Below are positions 51,301-64,000 of a stretch of 64,000 nt of DNA, one piece after another. The stretch is taken from positions 1,736,001 through 1,800,000 of the forward strand of contig JAYWIR010000036.1 in assembly GCA_036172245.1 (NCBI GenBank). Direction: 5' to 3'. Position numbers and translations under genes: made by a program. Position 1 is the first letter of the stretch. Each line of letters starts with the position of its first letter. This DNA comes from Raillietiella orientalis. Taxonomy: Eukaryota. The notes beneath the pieces are model-generated. The model made no database searches and was not told the DNA's origin. It saw only the letters and a list, made by a program, of their open reading frames with translations.

Positions 51301-54300
51301 GCCACCTCCGCGACAGCTCCCGCCGTGTTTTCGTCCAGCTGGCAGGTGGTGCCATTCAGTCCGCAGGGGATCGCCTCGTTCTCCCGTTCCCCGGGAGGGG
51401 GGGGAGGATAAGCCTTGCCCCAGAGCTTCCGTTCCTCCCTCTCGAATTGTCGAACACGAAGCTGCGCGAACTTCTTGAAGCGTCCAGCGGTACTCGTGGG
51501 GACGCGAGGGGGGAAGACCTTGTGGGAACGGCTAACTCGCGAAGCACGAAGAAAAAGGAACGTAAGGCAGAGAAATCCGAAAGCCAGGCCATTCTTGTGA
51601 CCTGCTCCGCGGAGCAGGGGTTTAAAAATTCCATTGAGGCCCTTCCGCGCCTTCCGACTGGAGATTGACTGCAGCCACAGCGGCAGCAGCAGCCGAAAGG
51701 TAGACAACGTCCAGCAACGGCAAGAGTCAGCGGCGGGCGGCCACGGATACACGCTTGACAAACAGTGAGGGGAATGAAGGCCCTCACAGTAGCAGCAACT
51801 GCAAAAACGAACGCCAGCAGGGCGACGTCTGAAGAGAGCTGCCACGGCGAGGCAGCGGCGGACGGAGATAGAGCGACGACGAGAGGACAGCCGGGCCGCG
51901 TCCGGGAGGCAGTCGTCAAGGCACCCGAGAAATCGGCTGATCGGCTCCCGCGTGCGAGAAGGAAGGACCCACGTTACCTCAGGGTGTCCGCCTTTCCCCT
52001 GCTCCCCTGCCGCGCGGTCTCCTTGGCGTTGACGAGGTGCCTGGCGCCCCAGTTGCACTGCACGAATCTCCAGGAGCCCGCGACGTACACGGAGTTCCAA
52101 GAGTTGCGGAACCTGTTGTCGTTGAACTGGATGCCCGGCTGGTAGCCGGCCGACTTGGAGTAACCCTTGATGACCACGCAGTGCAGGCCTGCGTAGCTGG
52201 GACACGGGAAAGGCCGGTCAGCGGGCAGAGGCGCAGGTCCACCTACCTGCACAGGCGCTTGAAGAGCACGTGGTAGCTCTCCGTCCCGTACTTGATGCCC
52301 CTGAGAAGGCCCATCGGGGTGTCCGTGTGGACGTCGTCGTCGAACTGCATCGTGTTGAGGTTCTTCACCGTGATCCACCGAAAGATGGTCCTGGAATCCC
52401 GGCGGGTAAGGCAGTCTTGGCAGTGTCCTCCCGTGGACCGAGGTCCGGGAGGAGAGGAAGCGGACCGTCGAAAGCCGGGAAGAGGCGCCGGGGGCGATAG
52501 AAGGGATGTCCAGCAAGGTCGTGCCGAAGAGGATGCGGAAAGAGGCGGAAAGATGCTTCCCTGCCGCCCGCCTTCCTTGCTGCCCCACTTCCGCTCTCTT
52601 CCCTCGGGGAGGGGAGAGGAGCAAGGGCGCGCAGTCTTGTAGGCGCGCGCGGCTCTCCGCGTCCGGGAGCAGGCAGCAAGGTCTCTCTCAAGAAGAGACG
52701 CAGTCCCTTGCCTTCACCGTCGCGCCTCCCCCCTCCCTCACTGGCGAAAAGGCTCGGGGGATAGCTAAGCAACGCAAGGAGGATGCCGCCGCTGGGAGGA
52801 GACGCCCTGGATGGCAACCGCCGTAGCTCCCAAGGCGCCTCCTCCGAGCAGCAACATCTTTGCAAATGGAAGGTGAGGGTGAGTTGCCATGAGACTGGAA
52901 CGAGGGAGAATCTCTTCGTCCCCCTTGACCTTGGAGAACGGATGCCATGGTGTGCGTCGACCTCCCCAGCAGCTGCTCCGAGAGAGGCGCTACTCTTTGC
53001 CGCCCCAGGGTCAGGGGGGACGAGAGTCCACTAGCCCCGAGGGAGGGTCGTAGTGCGAGCGATCCCGGAGCGTTCTTCCCCGAGACCAGAAGGTCCGGGA
53101 AAGGTCACCCCCTGTGCCATGCTGCCTAGACTGACCTGGCCTTCTCCACATCGGATGCGCAGTGACCAATCAGCTGCCTCACCAGGTCGGTGAATGTCTT
53201 CTGGTCCTCCCGGGCGACCTGCAGGAAGGGGAGGGAGGCGAGCCAGCAGGATGACCCCAAGAAGTCCCTCCGCATCCCTCCCGGCCCGAGACCGGGAAGG
53301 GCGCGGCTCCTCCTCGCTAGCGGGCACCTACCGTGATGGCGATCTGGTCCACCTCCGCAAACACAGCCGGGTCGTCGTAGATCTCCGCTTTGGCCGTGGC
53401 CGGAGGAGAGGGCGGGGGGGCGAAGGAGGGGTACTTGGAGCTCTCTTCGGGCTCCTCCTCTTCCTCCTCCTCCTCCCCCTCCGCCTGCTGCTCCGTCGCC
53501 GCAGCTGCCGTCGCCGCCGCACGAGGTCGCCGGCTCAGCGTCCGCATGTACTCGGACTTCTTCTCGTTGATCAGCGTCATCATCTCGCGGCTGTGCTTGT
53601 CGATGAGGGCGGCGGTGGCTGCCCTGCAGAGGGGCGAAGGTCAGCGGCTGCCCACAGCTCCACAACATCGCTCTCTTCCTCCGGCGGCCCGGGGACCCGC
53701 TGCCACGCGGCACGTCGCCTCATCCATTCCCTTTCGCCGCCAGTTTTTCTTTACGCGAGCGCACGCGCAGTCGGAGGGGCACCCCGGCATATCCGGGTGG
53801 CAAACGGAGGGGCGAGGGACGGGGGCGAGGCGAGTTGCCTCTCGAAAGGGCAGCTGGCACGAAAGGAACCACACGAGCGGAGAACCGTGTGACTCGGGGC
53901 GCTCACGGTCCCACCCGCTTCCGGGTTCAAGCACGAAGGGCAGCCGGGTCGCGGAACGCTGAGAGGTCGTGTCGGGGGTCGCTCTGGGTTGCTGCGACAC
54001 AGAGGCTCTGGACGTGGGAGAGGCGTGTAGCGCAGCGGTCCTCATATCGAGAGGGATGAGAGGGAATGGTAAGGAAGAGAGAGACGCCCCCTCTCCCGGG
54101 CGGGCGAGAGGTGCAGCCTCCTCCGTCGCCACGGGCGATCTCCCCGGCGAGACGCCAGGAGTGTGGTCGACAGGCACCACAGTCAGAGCCTGTGGTGCCT
54201 GTCGGCTTAGGCGGCTTCCCACGGAGAAGCACTCGCCGCGCCCGCGCAGTGGCGGGGCAAGGAGGGGCGTTCCGAGGGAAGCCATTCGGGGGTCCCCTCC

Positions 54301-57300
54301 TCAACCCCAGAATGGAATCGACCCCGGGCAGCATGTGCGGCAGGCACTCTCGGGCATTCGCGGGATTCCTCCAGCAGCGGCTCCTGGCAGCACCGAGCGC
54401 CGGGACACGAGGGACCGGAGGTGGTCAGGAGGAAGGGTCTCAGGGGCGAAAAGAAGAGAGTGGACTGGCAGGGAGGAAGGGGGACGAAAGGAGAGGAGGG
54501 GAGGCAGGGAACCTCGCAGGGCTTTCCCTAGGCCGCCGCTCCGCTTCCGCAGCCTCCTAGGAACCGACGCGTCTTCCGACGAGCGCACTCGGGGAGGGGC
54601 GGCAGGTGGGAGGAGTCCCCTCTCGCTGTATCCCGGAGCGACGGAGGGGACAGAAAAGGGTGGGAGGCGGGAAGAAGAGGGACGCGCCCGCCTTGCTCCC
54701 TCGGGAACCTGGGAGCTATGTTACCTCTCGTGCTCCAGCAGCTTCTTGGTCAGCGTCTCCTGCCTCTTGTTCTTTTTCAAGGTCATGTTCTTCTCCAGGT
54801 TCTCCTTTTCCTGCTGGTGGCGGATGGTCAGCATCTTTTGCTCCTCCTTCGTCTTCCTCTTGATCTGCATCTCCCGCTCAAACTTCCCGGTCAGCTTCTC
54901 CAGCTCCATCTCCCATTCTTCCTAAAAAGATGGCGATCAGCAGCTGGGGAAAAACTCCGGCGGTCACCGGTGACCAAGGCAAGGATGAGAGCCTCCTGGC
55001 GATGGCGCGGCGTGCATGCCTGACGGCGCCTCGGAGAACTTCCAGGTGCCCTGCGACTTGGAAGATCCCCGGTGCCGCTGGGTCGGCAACGGTGGGAAGC
55101 TGCGAGTCCTCGGCTTCCCTCTCCGCGGGAGAGTGGAGGAGAAAGGGGCGAGCAGCGGGAGGAGGCGCGCCTTCCTGCCCTCGAGTAAGCTGAAAGTGAC
55201 GTCCCACGCTTGGGGATGGGTGGCAGTGCTGCTGCTGACGCGTGACACCCATTCTCCCGGTGACCGAAGAAGGCCTGAACTCCGTTGCCGCCTCCCCGAC
55301 GACGAGACGAGGTCCTGCATTCCGGGGATGGGAGTCCCGCTCCCCAGGAAACGGGGCCGTCCCGCCTAGGCTCCCGCAGTCTCTGCCCCTGCGTTTCCCC
55401 TTGTAGACTATCCAGTCCTGCCGACGCCCGGCTCCTCCGGCACTCCTATCCGAGCTGAGAAGCACCGGGAAGCCTGCCCGCCGCAAAAGAGGCGGGCGAC
55501 GCAGCTGGAAGTCCGTTTCCAAGCAATCCGTTGCTGGGTCTCAAGGGGAGAGTGCCCGGAGCGACTCACAGCATGGAGGAAGGGAGGAGGGACGTGACAC
55601 GACCTCTTTCGAACCTCCGAGTTCGGCCCCGGGGAATGGAACCGAGACAGGTGGGGACAGAGAAAAGAGGGTGGGGAAGGCTCAGGCAGTTTAGCAACCC
55701 ACCTTGATCTCCTCCTTCATCTTCTGCTCTTCCTCCTCCCTGTGGCGAGCGAATCTCTTGTACAGGTCGTCTTCCTCCCTCCTGTGCTTCATCTCCAGCG
55801 ACTTCTGGACGTCCGTGTCCTGAAAAGGGTCATCGTTAGCCTCGTGGGGATGCTGCATCTGTGCAGCCACCACAAGTGGCGACATGTGCATTCCGGGACC
55901 CCAAGGGAACAGCAGTATAGCGGACGCAGGGATGCGCCCTCGCTGCCGCCCAAGTGGTCCCTTTGCCGCGGCACCCGCGAACGAGCCGCGCCGCGAAATC
56001 TGCCCCCGGACCGCGCGAAACACTCGCTGTTGCCCCGGGAGACGCGCTTCCATCCCAGCACCACCTACCAGCAACGGGAAACGGTCGCACCACCGCTGTT
56101 CCTTGGCTTCTTGGAGGACAGAGGCGTCCCCTTTTAACGGACCGGGGACCTTCCAAGGGCCTCGCGCGGGAGACTTCCCGTTCGAAAACGTAGAGGTCGT
56201 AAACGGCGGGGGAGGAGGGGGAAGCGGATGCGTTCGCGAAGCCGGAGCGCCGCCAGGAAGAGGAGGGGGAGAGAGCACGGGGAGCAAAGGGGAGGATGGA
56301 AGCGAGCCGGACCGCCCGCAGCAGCACATGCACGTGGCCTTCTCTTTCGGACACCTGGAAGGGGTGAGCAATCCCTCCGTCCTTCGGGTGGTCCTTCGCC
56401 TGCCATGGGCTCATCTCTGCCGATTCTGCCCTCTGCCTCCTTCGGTGCCTTGCGGGGAGGGAACACCGCCTCCCTTCCGAGTTCCTTGCCTCTCCTCGCC
56501 GCCTGGGGGGGGGGAGGGCGCCAGCGGTCTCCTTGGAAGCGCCAAAGCGGCGACTGGAGACTCCTACCCCTCCTCCTCCCTGCACGTGGAACCGTCCGGG
56601 CGCTCGGGAAGGCCGCTGGAGAGCCCCTGGAGCGGGTCAGGGAGAGGAACTCGTTTTCTTGGTGGTCCTCTGATCCGGCGGCGTGGCCAGGGTCACATGC
56701 ACGCAGTTGGACTACGGAGGTTCGTTGGTTCTGCCTCACGAATCGATCCCCTGTTGACCCCGCGAGTCTGGGAGCGCTGACGCTGTCTCCATTCTCACGG
56801 GCTCTCTCGTGGCGCTTGGCTGGTGGTCAGGAGGGAGCGCAGTAGCAGCAGCTGTGCAAGAGGGAACCACCTTCTAGCGATTGGAGAGGAGAGCGGGCGA
56901 GGAGAGAGACGACCGAAACGACGACGGGAACGGGAAGAAACAATTGCAAAAGACGAGCAGCAACCTCCTCTTCGCCCCTGCAGAGTGCGCTTTCGCGCCT
57001 GCCTCCCGCTCTTCCCTTCCCTTCCCTACTCCCTCATGCCCACTGGTTAGTGCGAGGTGCCCACTGCTTTCCAGCGTGCAGCCAACTGGAGCGCCCACTG
57101 CCGCCTTCTGCTCTCCCCTTCAGCGAGCTTCCAGTGCCCATCAGAATTCGTCTCCAGGTCCTATGCCGCTGCCCTAGGGTCGACAGCAAAGGCGTCTCGG
57201 GGGGCGCTTCCGGCTCTCCTGCCGTGACGGGCGCATCGCGGGATCTGGGGCTGGGCGTTCCCACAATGGCGGAGCCCCCGGCTCCCTCCTCCCTCTCGTC

Positions 57301-58703
57301 ACCACTGCTTTCCCGTTGCCATCACTGGGGTGTGTGGGGAGAGGAAAGACCTGCGGCAGTTTCCCCGGGCCGCTCCTCGCTGCCCCGTGCGCGTCCATTT
57401 TGCTCCCCGAGAGCGCCTCGATCGCCTCTGGCGAGATCGAATCTGTTCCTCCTCCTCCTCTGCCGCCGCCCACGCGAGATCGGGAGGGAGAGGAGGAAAG
57501 ATGAGAGCCATCGGCCGGAGGGCACGTCCGTCCCCGGACGGATGGATCTTCCGCATGCGCCCGAGGCAGCGCCGGGCGACAGGAGGTTTCCGGGGAAACG
57601 GGGTCGGATACTGCCGCCGTCCTTCCTGTCTGCGAGAGCCGAAGGGCGCGCGCGAGCGAGTGCGGGTCGTCCCTCCTCCCTCCCCTGGGGCGGCGCGCCT
57701 CGCCGGGCCCCGGCTGAGTTCTGTCCTTCGACTCGCCGCTGCCACCGCCTCGCGTGCGCGGGAGCGCGTCATCCCGCCCGCCTGCGGCGCGCGTCGGCGT
57801 CTCCTTTCGCTTCGTCTTGCTTCCCCGCCCGCTTCTCTTCCTTCCCCGACGTCCCTTCCCCCCTCTATCCCTTTTTCCTTTTCTTTCTTGCCCTGGCCGT
57901 ATTCGAATGAGGAGCGAAGGAGGACTTTTTACGGCGGGTTGGTGCGCTCGGCCGCTGGTCACTTCCCGCGCCGCCCGCAGACAGGCGCTGCGGACAGTTC
58001 GGCTCCGGCGTCTGGGGGTGCAGTAGAGAGAGCGGAGCGAGAGAAACGAAGGAAACCTGTTGCGCCCTTTCCTGCCCCCCTTCCACTTCCCTTTCTTCCC
58101 CTCCTCCCTCCCGTTCCTCCCCGAAAGGTCATGCCGATCGTGGGGTGGGGTGGGCACAGGGTAGAGAAGGGGGGCGTTCCCTCCTACCAGGTAGGAATCC
58201 AGGGGTCTGTCGCAGTAGGCTCGGCGGTAGTTCTTCTGGATCTCGGTCGCCTTGAGGGCATGGGCGATATGGAGGGCGCTGGCGTCGAAGCGCCCGCCTC
58301 GGCTTCCCGCGGAGGCGGCGCCTTCCGTGGCCAGCCGCGGCGAGCGCAGAGCCAGGCGGATGCCCATGGCATCGGCGTCGTAGCGGGCCTTGCCCCCGGC
58401 CCCACGGATCTGCTCGTTGACATGTGGGGAGGACCGCGGCGCGCTGAGGGCGCTGCGGATGCCCACGGCGGAGCCGTCCAGGCGGCCTGGCCCGATCTTG
58501 GGCACGTGGCTCTGGCAGTAGACCTCGCGATCCTCCTGGTCATGCTGGTTGTTGAAGTACGTCTTCAGAGTCAAGGATGAGCCGCACGCGAAACACCGGA
58601 AGCACCGCCGGTGGAAGAAGGCGAAGTCCTTCAGCGGGCCCACCTTGTCCACGGGGTACACCGTGGACCCGCACCGCAGGCAAGCGCTCTCGTAGAAGTT
58701 CAT
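36356..58703 (-). CDS. hil: Hillarin / LTD-1 (LIM + coiled coil + transglutaminase-like, KY-related), about 820 aa. Exons 58703-58188, 55819-55703, 54921-54725, 53623-53332, 53218-53136, 52390-52247, 52196-51978, 44060-43852, 40672-40542, 36910-36356
   Basis: LIM domain NFYESACLRCG..VYPVDKVGPLKDF.FFH..CFRC..C, EKARTIFRWITVKNLN, IKYGTESYHVLFKRLC, KGYSKSAGYQPG, WRFVQCNWGARHL, YEYDDHYFLTDP.EFIYEFFP, LPDCASGEWGP, EGQYGLDIY, THCCKYLIN. The spliced length is 2463 nt, in frame. Confidence 0.95.
37500..40300 (-). mobile_element. Possible old non-LTR retrotransposon relic in hillarin intron 9
   Basis: Only faint remnants such as SQSFTRQCGVRTLAG (~SxxFxxxxGVRQG) in sequence of intermediate GC. No intact motif was found. 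Confidence 0.25.
41880..42820. repeat. Extremely AT-rich degenerate tandem repeat block in hillarin intron 8
   Basis: The motif (a)cgtatttattttt(t)ataatcttt and variants recur near 42375, 42541, 42706 and 42795, giving a period of about 165 nt or half that. Confidence 0.65.
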
Positions 58704-61700
58704 CTCCCTCCTCCCGCCCTTGGCCTTCCTCCTGCCGCCGCCGCTGCTCCCTGAGGGGCGTGGACTCGTCCGGAGGTGGTGGTCAACCGAGGGGGAGGCG
58801 ACGGGGCGGTGGGTCTGCGATCGCCGCCGCCACCCGCCGCCCGCGGCGGCGCGAGCGGGCAAGGGGCAAGAGGCTCTCCGCTCTCAGGGGGCGGACGGAA
58901 TCGCCGGGGGAGAGGGGGAGGGGGGTAAGGGAGGGGAGGGGGGAGAGAAGCGCAAGAGAGGGAGGGAGGGAGGTCGTCCGCCGCTCGCGGGGAGAAAGAG
59001 CGTCACCACACGCAGGCTGCACCACGCACACACCTGCACCAACACTACCGACCTGCTCGCCGGCCGGACTGCCACTGAGCCGTCCGCCGAGCGCTGCCAC
59101 TCGCGCGCGCACCTCCAGGCGGCACTGTGCAGTTTGTTGAACCTCCGCGGCGGCGGACAATCCGCCCCAGCCCTCACGGTGCGTACACGCACGAGCCGTA
59201 GCGGGGATGGAAGGACAGACCCTGCGACGAGGGATTCCACCCTTCATCCGCTCCCACTCGCAGGGGGATGGGGGAGAGGAGAGGAACCCGCGGCACAAGG
59301 ACGCTGCTCGTCCCCCTTTGCCCGGGACCTTCGGGCGGCAGCCGCAGGGGTTGCACTAGCTACCTCCCCGCCCTCAGAGAGCCTTCCCCGTGAGCTCACC
59401 TGTCTTCGCAACGCCTGCCTCGCACCACCGCCCAGGGCCTGCGCCGCCTATTTTAGGATCGAGCGCTCTCGGCCGAGAGAAGGCTCCAGGAACGAGCGCA
59501 AAGGCAGCAAGGGGGCGCGCGAGGTGTGGCCGCGGTCTTCATCGTTACCGCGCGGACAGGCGGACACCACTTCAGCAGACCCCAGCTGCACCGGGAGTTA
59601 GACTCTCTCTCTGGAACAGGCTAGCGAAGCTGCAGTGGTCTCCTGAGATCGACGCGGGGCCCACCCCTCCCGTGCACGCTTCCTGTTCCCAGGATCCACT
59701 CCACCCTCTGCTGCGCCGCCGCAAGGGAGGAATCTGCGGTGCAACGAAGACACGGCGGTTGTTTTCTTCTTTCGGGAACGCTTCAGTGGGAATGGCCGCC
59801 CGCTGCCTCGTCCCACTCTTGCGCCGCGGAGGTGGCTGCTCTGAGAGAAGACGGCGTGCTGGTCGCTCACTACACGCGCACGCGGTCACCAAGGCTGCTG
59901 ACGCATCCCCAATGACTTGCGACTCTGCCGCGGAAGAGCCACATGGCGACCGCCGCTACGAACTCAACGCCCAACCCCAGCGGGGAGAAACCCCAAACGG
60001 GAAGAGCCAATGGAGAAGCATAGAGGAAGATCAGGCTTCCGCAACAGGAAAAGCCAACAATGCAGGGCTACCAAACGACACAGAAAAGAAGGGCGGAAAG
60101 CGACAATTAAAGAGAGCGTCGAGTTGGTCCTTGTAGTCTGTTGTTTCCTTCCCCTTTCCGTCTCCCCTGCCCTATTTCTTGTAGGACAGGGGAGAGGCTG
60201 CCGTTTCCTTTGTTTTCGTGGCCACGAAGCGTTGCATGCGATGCGAGTTGCGTGCGAGAGCCGGCGCCATCTTGCTTCCTCTGGCGAAATTGGCCTGATT
60301 GAAAGCGTCGCCATCCGCGGTCGCGTGCTGCGATGCGTGGAGGCGCCTGCCGCCTCTCGCCAGCGATGGCCGCGGGGACCTGAAACCGGAAAAGGAAGGG
60401 GGAGGGAGTGCGAGGTGGGACTCCGTCAAGCGAGACGCGTTCCTGGACGGTGAGCGAAGGCGCCGCCGGCCAGCAAGCCGCCCCTCCGCCGTCCTCCGGC
60501 ACGCACTCTCCACCCCACCTCACGGCGAGCCGAAGACGCTCTTCCTCTGCGTTCCGAGAGGTTTCTCCGGACAACCCGTGGAGGGGGGAGGAGAGGAGAA
60601 ATGCTGCTCCCGGCACTCGGACGGTAAGGGGCGTAGCACACCCCTCCCCGCGGCGGGCGGCTCGGTCAAGGAAGAGACGCGCGCGAACTCGGCAGCCAAT
60701 CCCAACGAAGGATGGGTGACCCGGCGCACACGGCGAAAGAGACAGTGCAGGAAGAGCCCACCACCGTTTGGAATAGGCACCAACAATGCGCACTGCGAGC
60801 CGCTCGCTCGGCGGGGTCACAGGGAGGATACTTCAGCGCGGGGCGCGCGTCGCATCCAGCCCGATTCACCAAGACACTGCAGGTGCTGCTGCGCTCGCCT
60901 GCTGCAGCATCCATGTTCGAGTGGACCGCAATCTTCCTGGCGACAAGCACGAGTGTGCTCTCCTTCACGTGTGCATGGGGGGTCCTTCGTGGCAGGGTCC
61001 ATCCACCGTCTGGCAGCGATGTGTTCGCTGTGACAGTCACACTCCGGTAGCCCTTGGTTACAGCGAAAGATCAGGTCGGTCCATCGTCCCGGGGGTTCGG
61101 GAAGGAAACGTCGGGAACGAAGGGGGAGGAGGGGCAGGGGAAGAGTGGGGAGTGATGAGCGGAGGAATCTCGAGAAAGCGGCCAGTATCCTGCGCGCGCC
61201 AGTCCGCTGAGTTGGAAGCGCACGAGCCCTTAAGCAAACGAGCCGTGGGCACGGAAACCCAGGAGGCACGGCAACGCCCGCTGAGCGCGTCCCTCGAAAG
61301 AGAGTCCTGTCTACCCCACCCAGGAGGGGCTTCGCGACTGAGAAGGCGGCGGCGGCGGCTTTTTTTTCGGCGGGGACAAGAGCTGCAGTCCGAGGGTGCG
61401 GACTGCTGCCGCCGAAGTTTCGCCCTATAAGCCACCGTCCGGTCAGGAAGTTGGTGAACGAGTGGGATGGGGGCGATCAGAGCGTTCCCGCGTTCCGCCG
61501 TCCTTATGTTCCTGGCCTCACCGTGCTCGAAGGAAGGGAAAGGCAGATGGTTGACTCCCTCGACTCTTTCCCGCGTTGATCCAGGGACAGCCTCTGCCCG
61601 AGGGCTGTGCTGGGGCGAGGTAAGGAAGGGGAGAACTATCTGTCCGCAGGCCGCAGTGGCGCTACGGCGGTGACACCTTTCGATCTCCAGAGATACCGGC

Positions 61701-63199
61701 GGCGACTCGCTGGAGGAGTTCCATCCAGGACCGCCCCTGGAAGGACTCCTCGGGAATGACGGGTGGGGCAGGGGGACGGAGTGGAACACCCCAGGATTCG
61801 GGCGCAGCTTCCTCCATCTCTCCTTCCCTTCTTACTGCTCGCCAGAGCAGAGCGGGTTCTCGGAGGAGTTCCCTCGAGGCTCCACGCGATCTGCGTCCAC
61901 CCACCCCGCTGTAGGTCGGGCTTCACATTGAGCGGGGGGAGAGCACCATCACCCTTTAGGGTGGGTGGAATGGGGCGAAAGGCTGCCCTCTCCGTCCCAG
62001 GGAGGCAGGGGTCTTCTTCGAAGGTAAGTGAGGCCCACATCACTTCGCCCCGGTCAATCCCCTCCCCCGGTTGACCAACGCAAAAATTGCAGCGCAGCAC
62101 CTCATCAACAGCCACGGAGCGCGACAGCGCCATCGAGCCAGGGGGTCCGCCCACGTGCGCGCGCTCCTTCCGCAACGGTCCCAGCCTCCGGCTGAGATCC
62201 TTCTCCCGACCCGCAGCTCCAACTCCACCCCTGCCACCGTCCCTCCTCCCGTCACCGCCTCTGGTGCTGCTGGCTCCAACCTGAGGCGATTTCCTGAGTG
62301 AGCACCTTCCGGCAGGGCGCCGCCTCGCTGGTCTCATGGCTACCTCCGCTGCTATCTGCTGGCGGTGACTTGGCCTGCCGGTTCCTGACCGCAAGGGTGG
62401 TGCTGCAGTCGAAGAGAGGGAACTCGCAGGCAAGGCTGAGTCCCTCCTTGCCTGAGGCGAGCCATGGCGGCCGCGGCCGCCCTCCTTCCGCCGCTCCGGG
62501 CAGGGGAGGGTGCGCGCTAGGCGGTGCACCGAAGAGCAGGCCGGTCCTGCCCCGAGGCTAGCGTGGGAGTCAGGAGCAGACCGGACAGCCGCCGTCGCCG
62601 TCTGCCGCGTTTCCTCCGCTCGGTGGCGCCGGCTCCCACGAGCGCCGGCGCTCCGAGGGGGGCGCGGGTCGTGTCCTGCGGCATCTTCACGTACGGATGA
62701 CCATGCCAGCCTCGAGGTCAGCTCGCACCAGAGGGAGAGAGGGAGGGAGGGAAGCCCTGGCGCAGTAAGTGGACGATACGAGGCGGGGGCGGCTGTGTCA
62801 TCTCTCGAGAGAGGTCCACGTGACCCCGAACCCACCAGTGCGGAACGACGGCGGAAGCGTCGCCCTGCAAAGGAATGCTGCCCCGAGGACAACCGGAGAC
62901 CACGTACGGAACACGATGCCCTGTATTCGCTGCGCTGTGCTTGTACACTGATGGATGTGGGGTCACGTGCGTAGCAACCGCTACTTCATTGTGCGTGGAT
63001 ACGGTACGGAGTACCCCATCTCCTCGAAGGGGGGTGGGGCAGGGTGCATCTGCTTCCGAGGGGTGTGGACGAGCTTTCTGGTGCCCTCAAGTCTCCCGGG
63101 GGACCGCACCGTTGGTGAGACCGAGACTTCCCTCCCTCCCAGAAGGGGTTTCGTACACCCTCGCAGACGGGATGAGACGGAATAGGCCGGCTCTCCCCC

Positions 63200-64000
63200 T
63201 TCTCAAACCCGCCCAGAGGCGATGCTGCAAAGCGCCCCTCTAATTCCCCAGAAGGCTAACCTGCCCTCCCACTCCGTTGAAACCAGGGGACCGCGGATCT
63301 GCGGGGCGGCTTCCCTCAGCTCTGCGAACGGTCAGTGGCCCGAACAGCTCCCCTCAAGCCTGGGGTCCCGGCAACCTGAATTGCTCTGTGGCTCCTCGAC
63401 ATCTTGTTCTGCGCTTCTTCCTCTTTTTTTTTTTTGCGTTTTCGCGCCAAATTTGCTTGCCTACGCGTCCAGGGCAGCAGGACGCCAAGCGCCTTATGCA
63501 AACAACTCCTCGTGCACGGTCGTGCACGTCACGGATGACCCGCCCCAAGGTGGAACGCCATCTCAAGCGCCTACGGGAGGAAACACGGATCCTCCACCAC
63601 CATACGTACACCCGGTGCTGTACTTTGCAAGCCACTTAAAACCGGCCCTCCTCGAGCCACCTTTGCGGAGTGACGTCAACGCGCAGGATCAACATGGTGG
63701 CCAACAATGCAATTCGAAAATAAAATTCATCGACGCAGGCACCGGCGCCACCGAGGGGAGGAAACACTCCGTGGCGCCTCGCCAGCTTAGGATCAGACTG
63801 GTACGCTGCAGTGTGCGTGGATCAGCGCAGTGTTACCAGTGCAGACGGGACTGAGTGTGCCTGGGAAAAAGGATTGGAAGCTGAGGATTGTTCTCCTGGT
63901 GAGCGCGATCCGCACGGTCGATCTTTTCAAGTTATGGGAAGTAACCCCGGAAGTACCATGCCCTATAAATCCGGGAAGGCTCCGGAGGAAAAGACTCCAT
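63200..64000 (+). mobile_element. Possible eroded LINE AP-endonuclease relic running off the right edge
   Basis: PYVHP (~YxPP), LRSDVNAQDQHGG..CN (~GDFNAxHxxWG...N) and RIRLVRCS (~IDL) occur in the expected order. Weak. Confidence 0.3.

Noticed and set aside
57330..58580. 416-aa + strand ORF
   Set aside because: Antisense shadow of GC3-rich hillarin exon 1 and the adjacent intron.
59000..62900. Numerous overlapping 200-420 aa ORFs upstream of hillarin
   Set aside because: No recognisable domains or consistent exon chain, and long ORFs occur in all frames because of high GC.
62930..62965. LYTDG as an RNase H motif
   Set aside because: No downstream RNase H acidic motifs were recognisable.
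1..64000. CRISPR arrays, tRNA, rRNA, spliced-leader RNA or bacterial operons
   Set aside because: None seen. All genes are spliceosomal-intron genes with animal-type sequences, and HAL has the animal N-terminal domain, so there is no sign of horizontal transfer.

Overview
Eukaryotic, intron-rich invertebrate DNA. It is probably a protostome with many 39-100 nt introns, but the taxon cannot be fixed from the sequence alone. I reconstructed seven multi-exon genes by hand with consistent splice phases: histidine ammonia-lyase (minus strand, runs off the left edge), NECAP (+), OST48/DDOST (-), a cationic amino-acid transporter (+), PIG-V (+), a short dystrophin/dystrotelin-like EF-hand+ZZ protein (+) and a 22 kb hillarin/LTD-1 gene (-). 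Intergenic and intronic space holds eroded transposons (a piggyBac relic and several L1/Tx1-like LINE relics), microsatellites, and a 37-nt U2 snRNA 5' fragment flanked by a 7-bp direct repeat. The dominant higher-order signal is a sharp two-state mosaic: GC- and CpG-rich blocks alternate with AT-rich blocks whose gene bodies are CpG-depleted, and the state switches inside single genes. No prokaryotic features or CRISPR arrays are present. All motif matches and counts were made by eye, and no searches were run.
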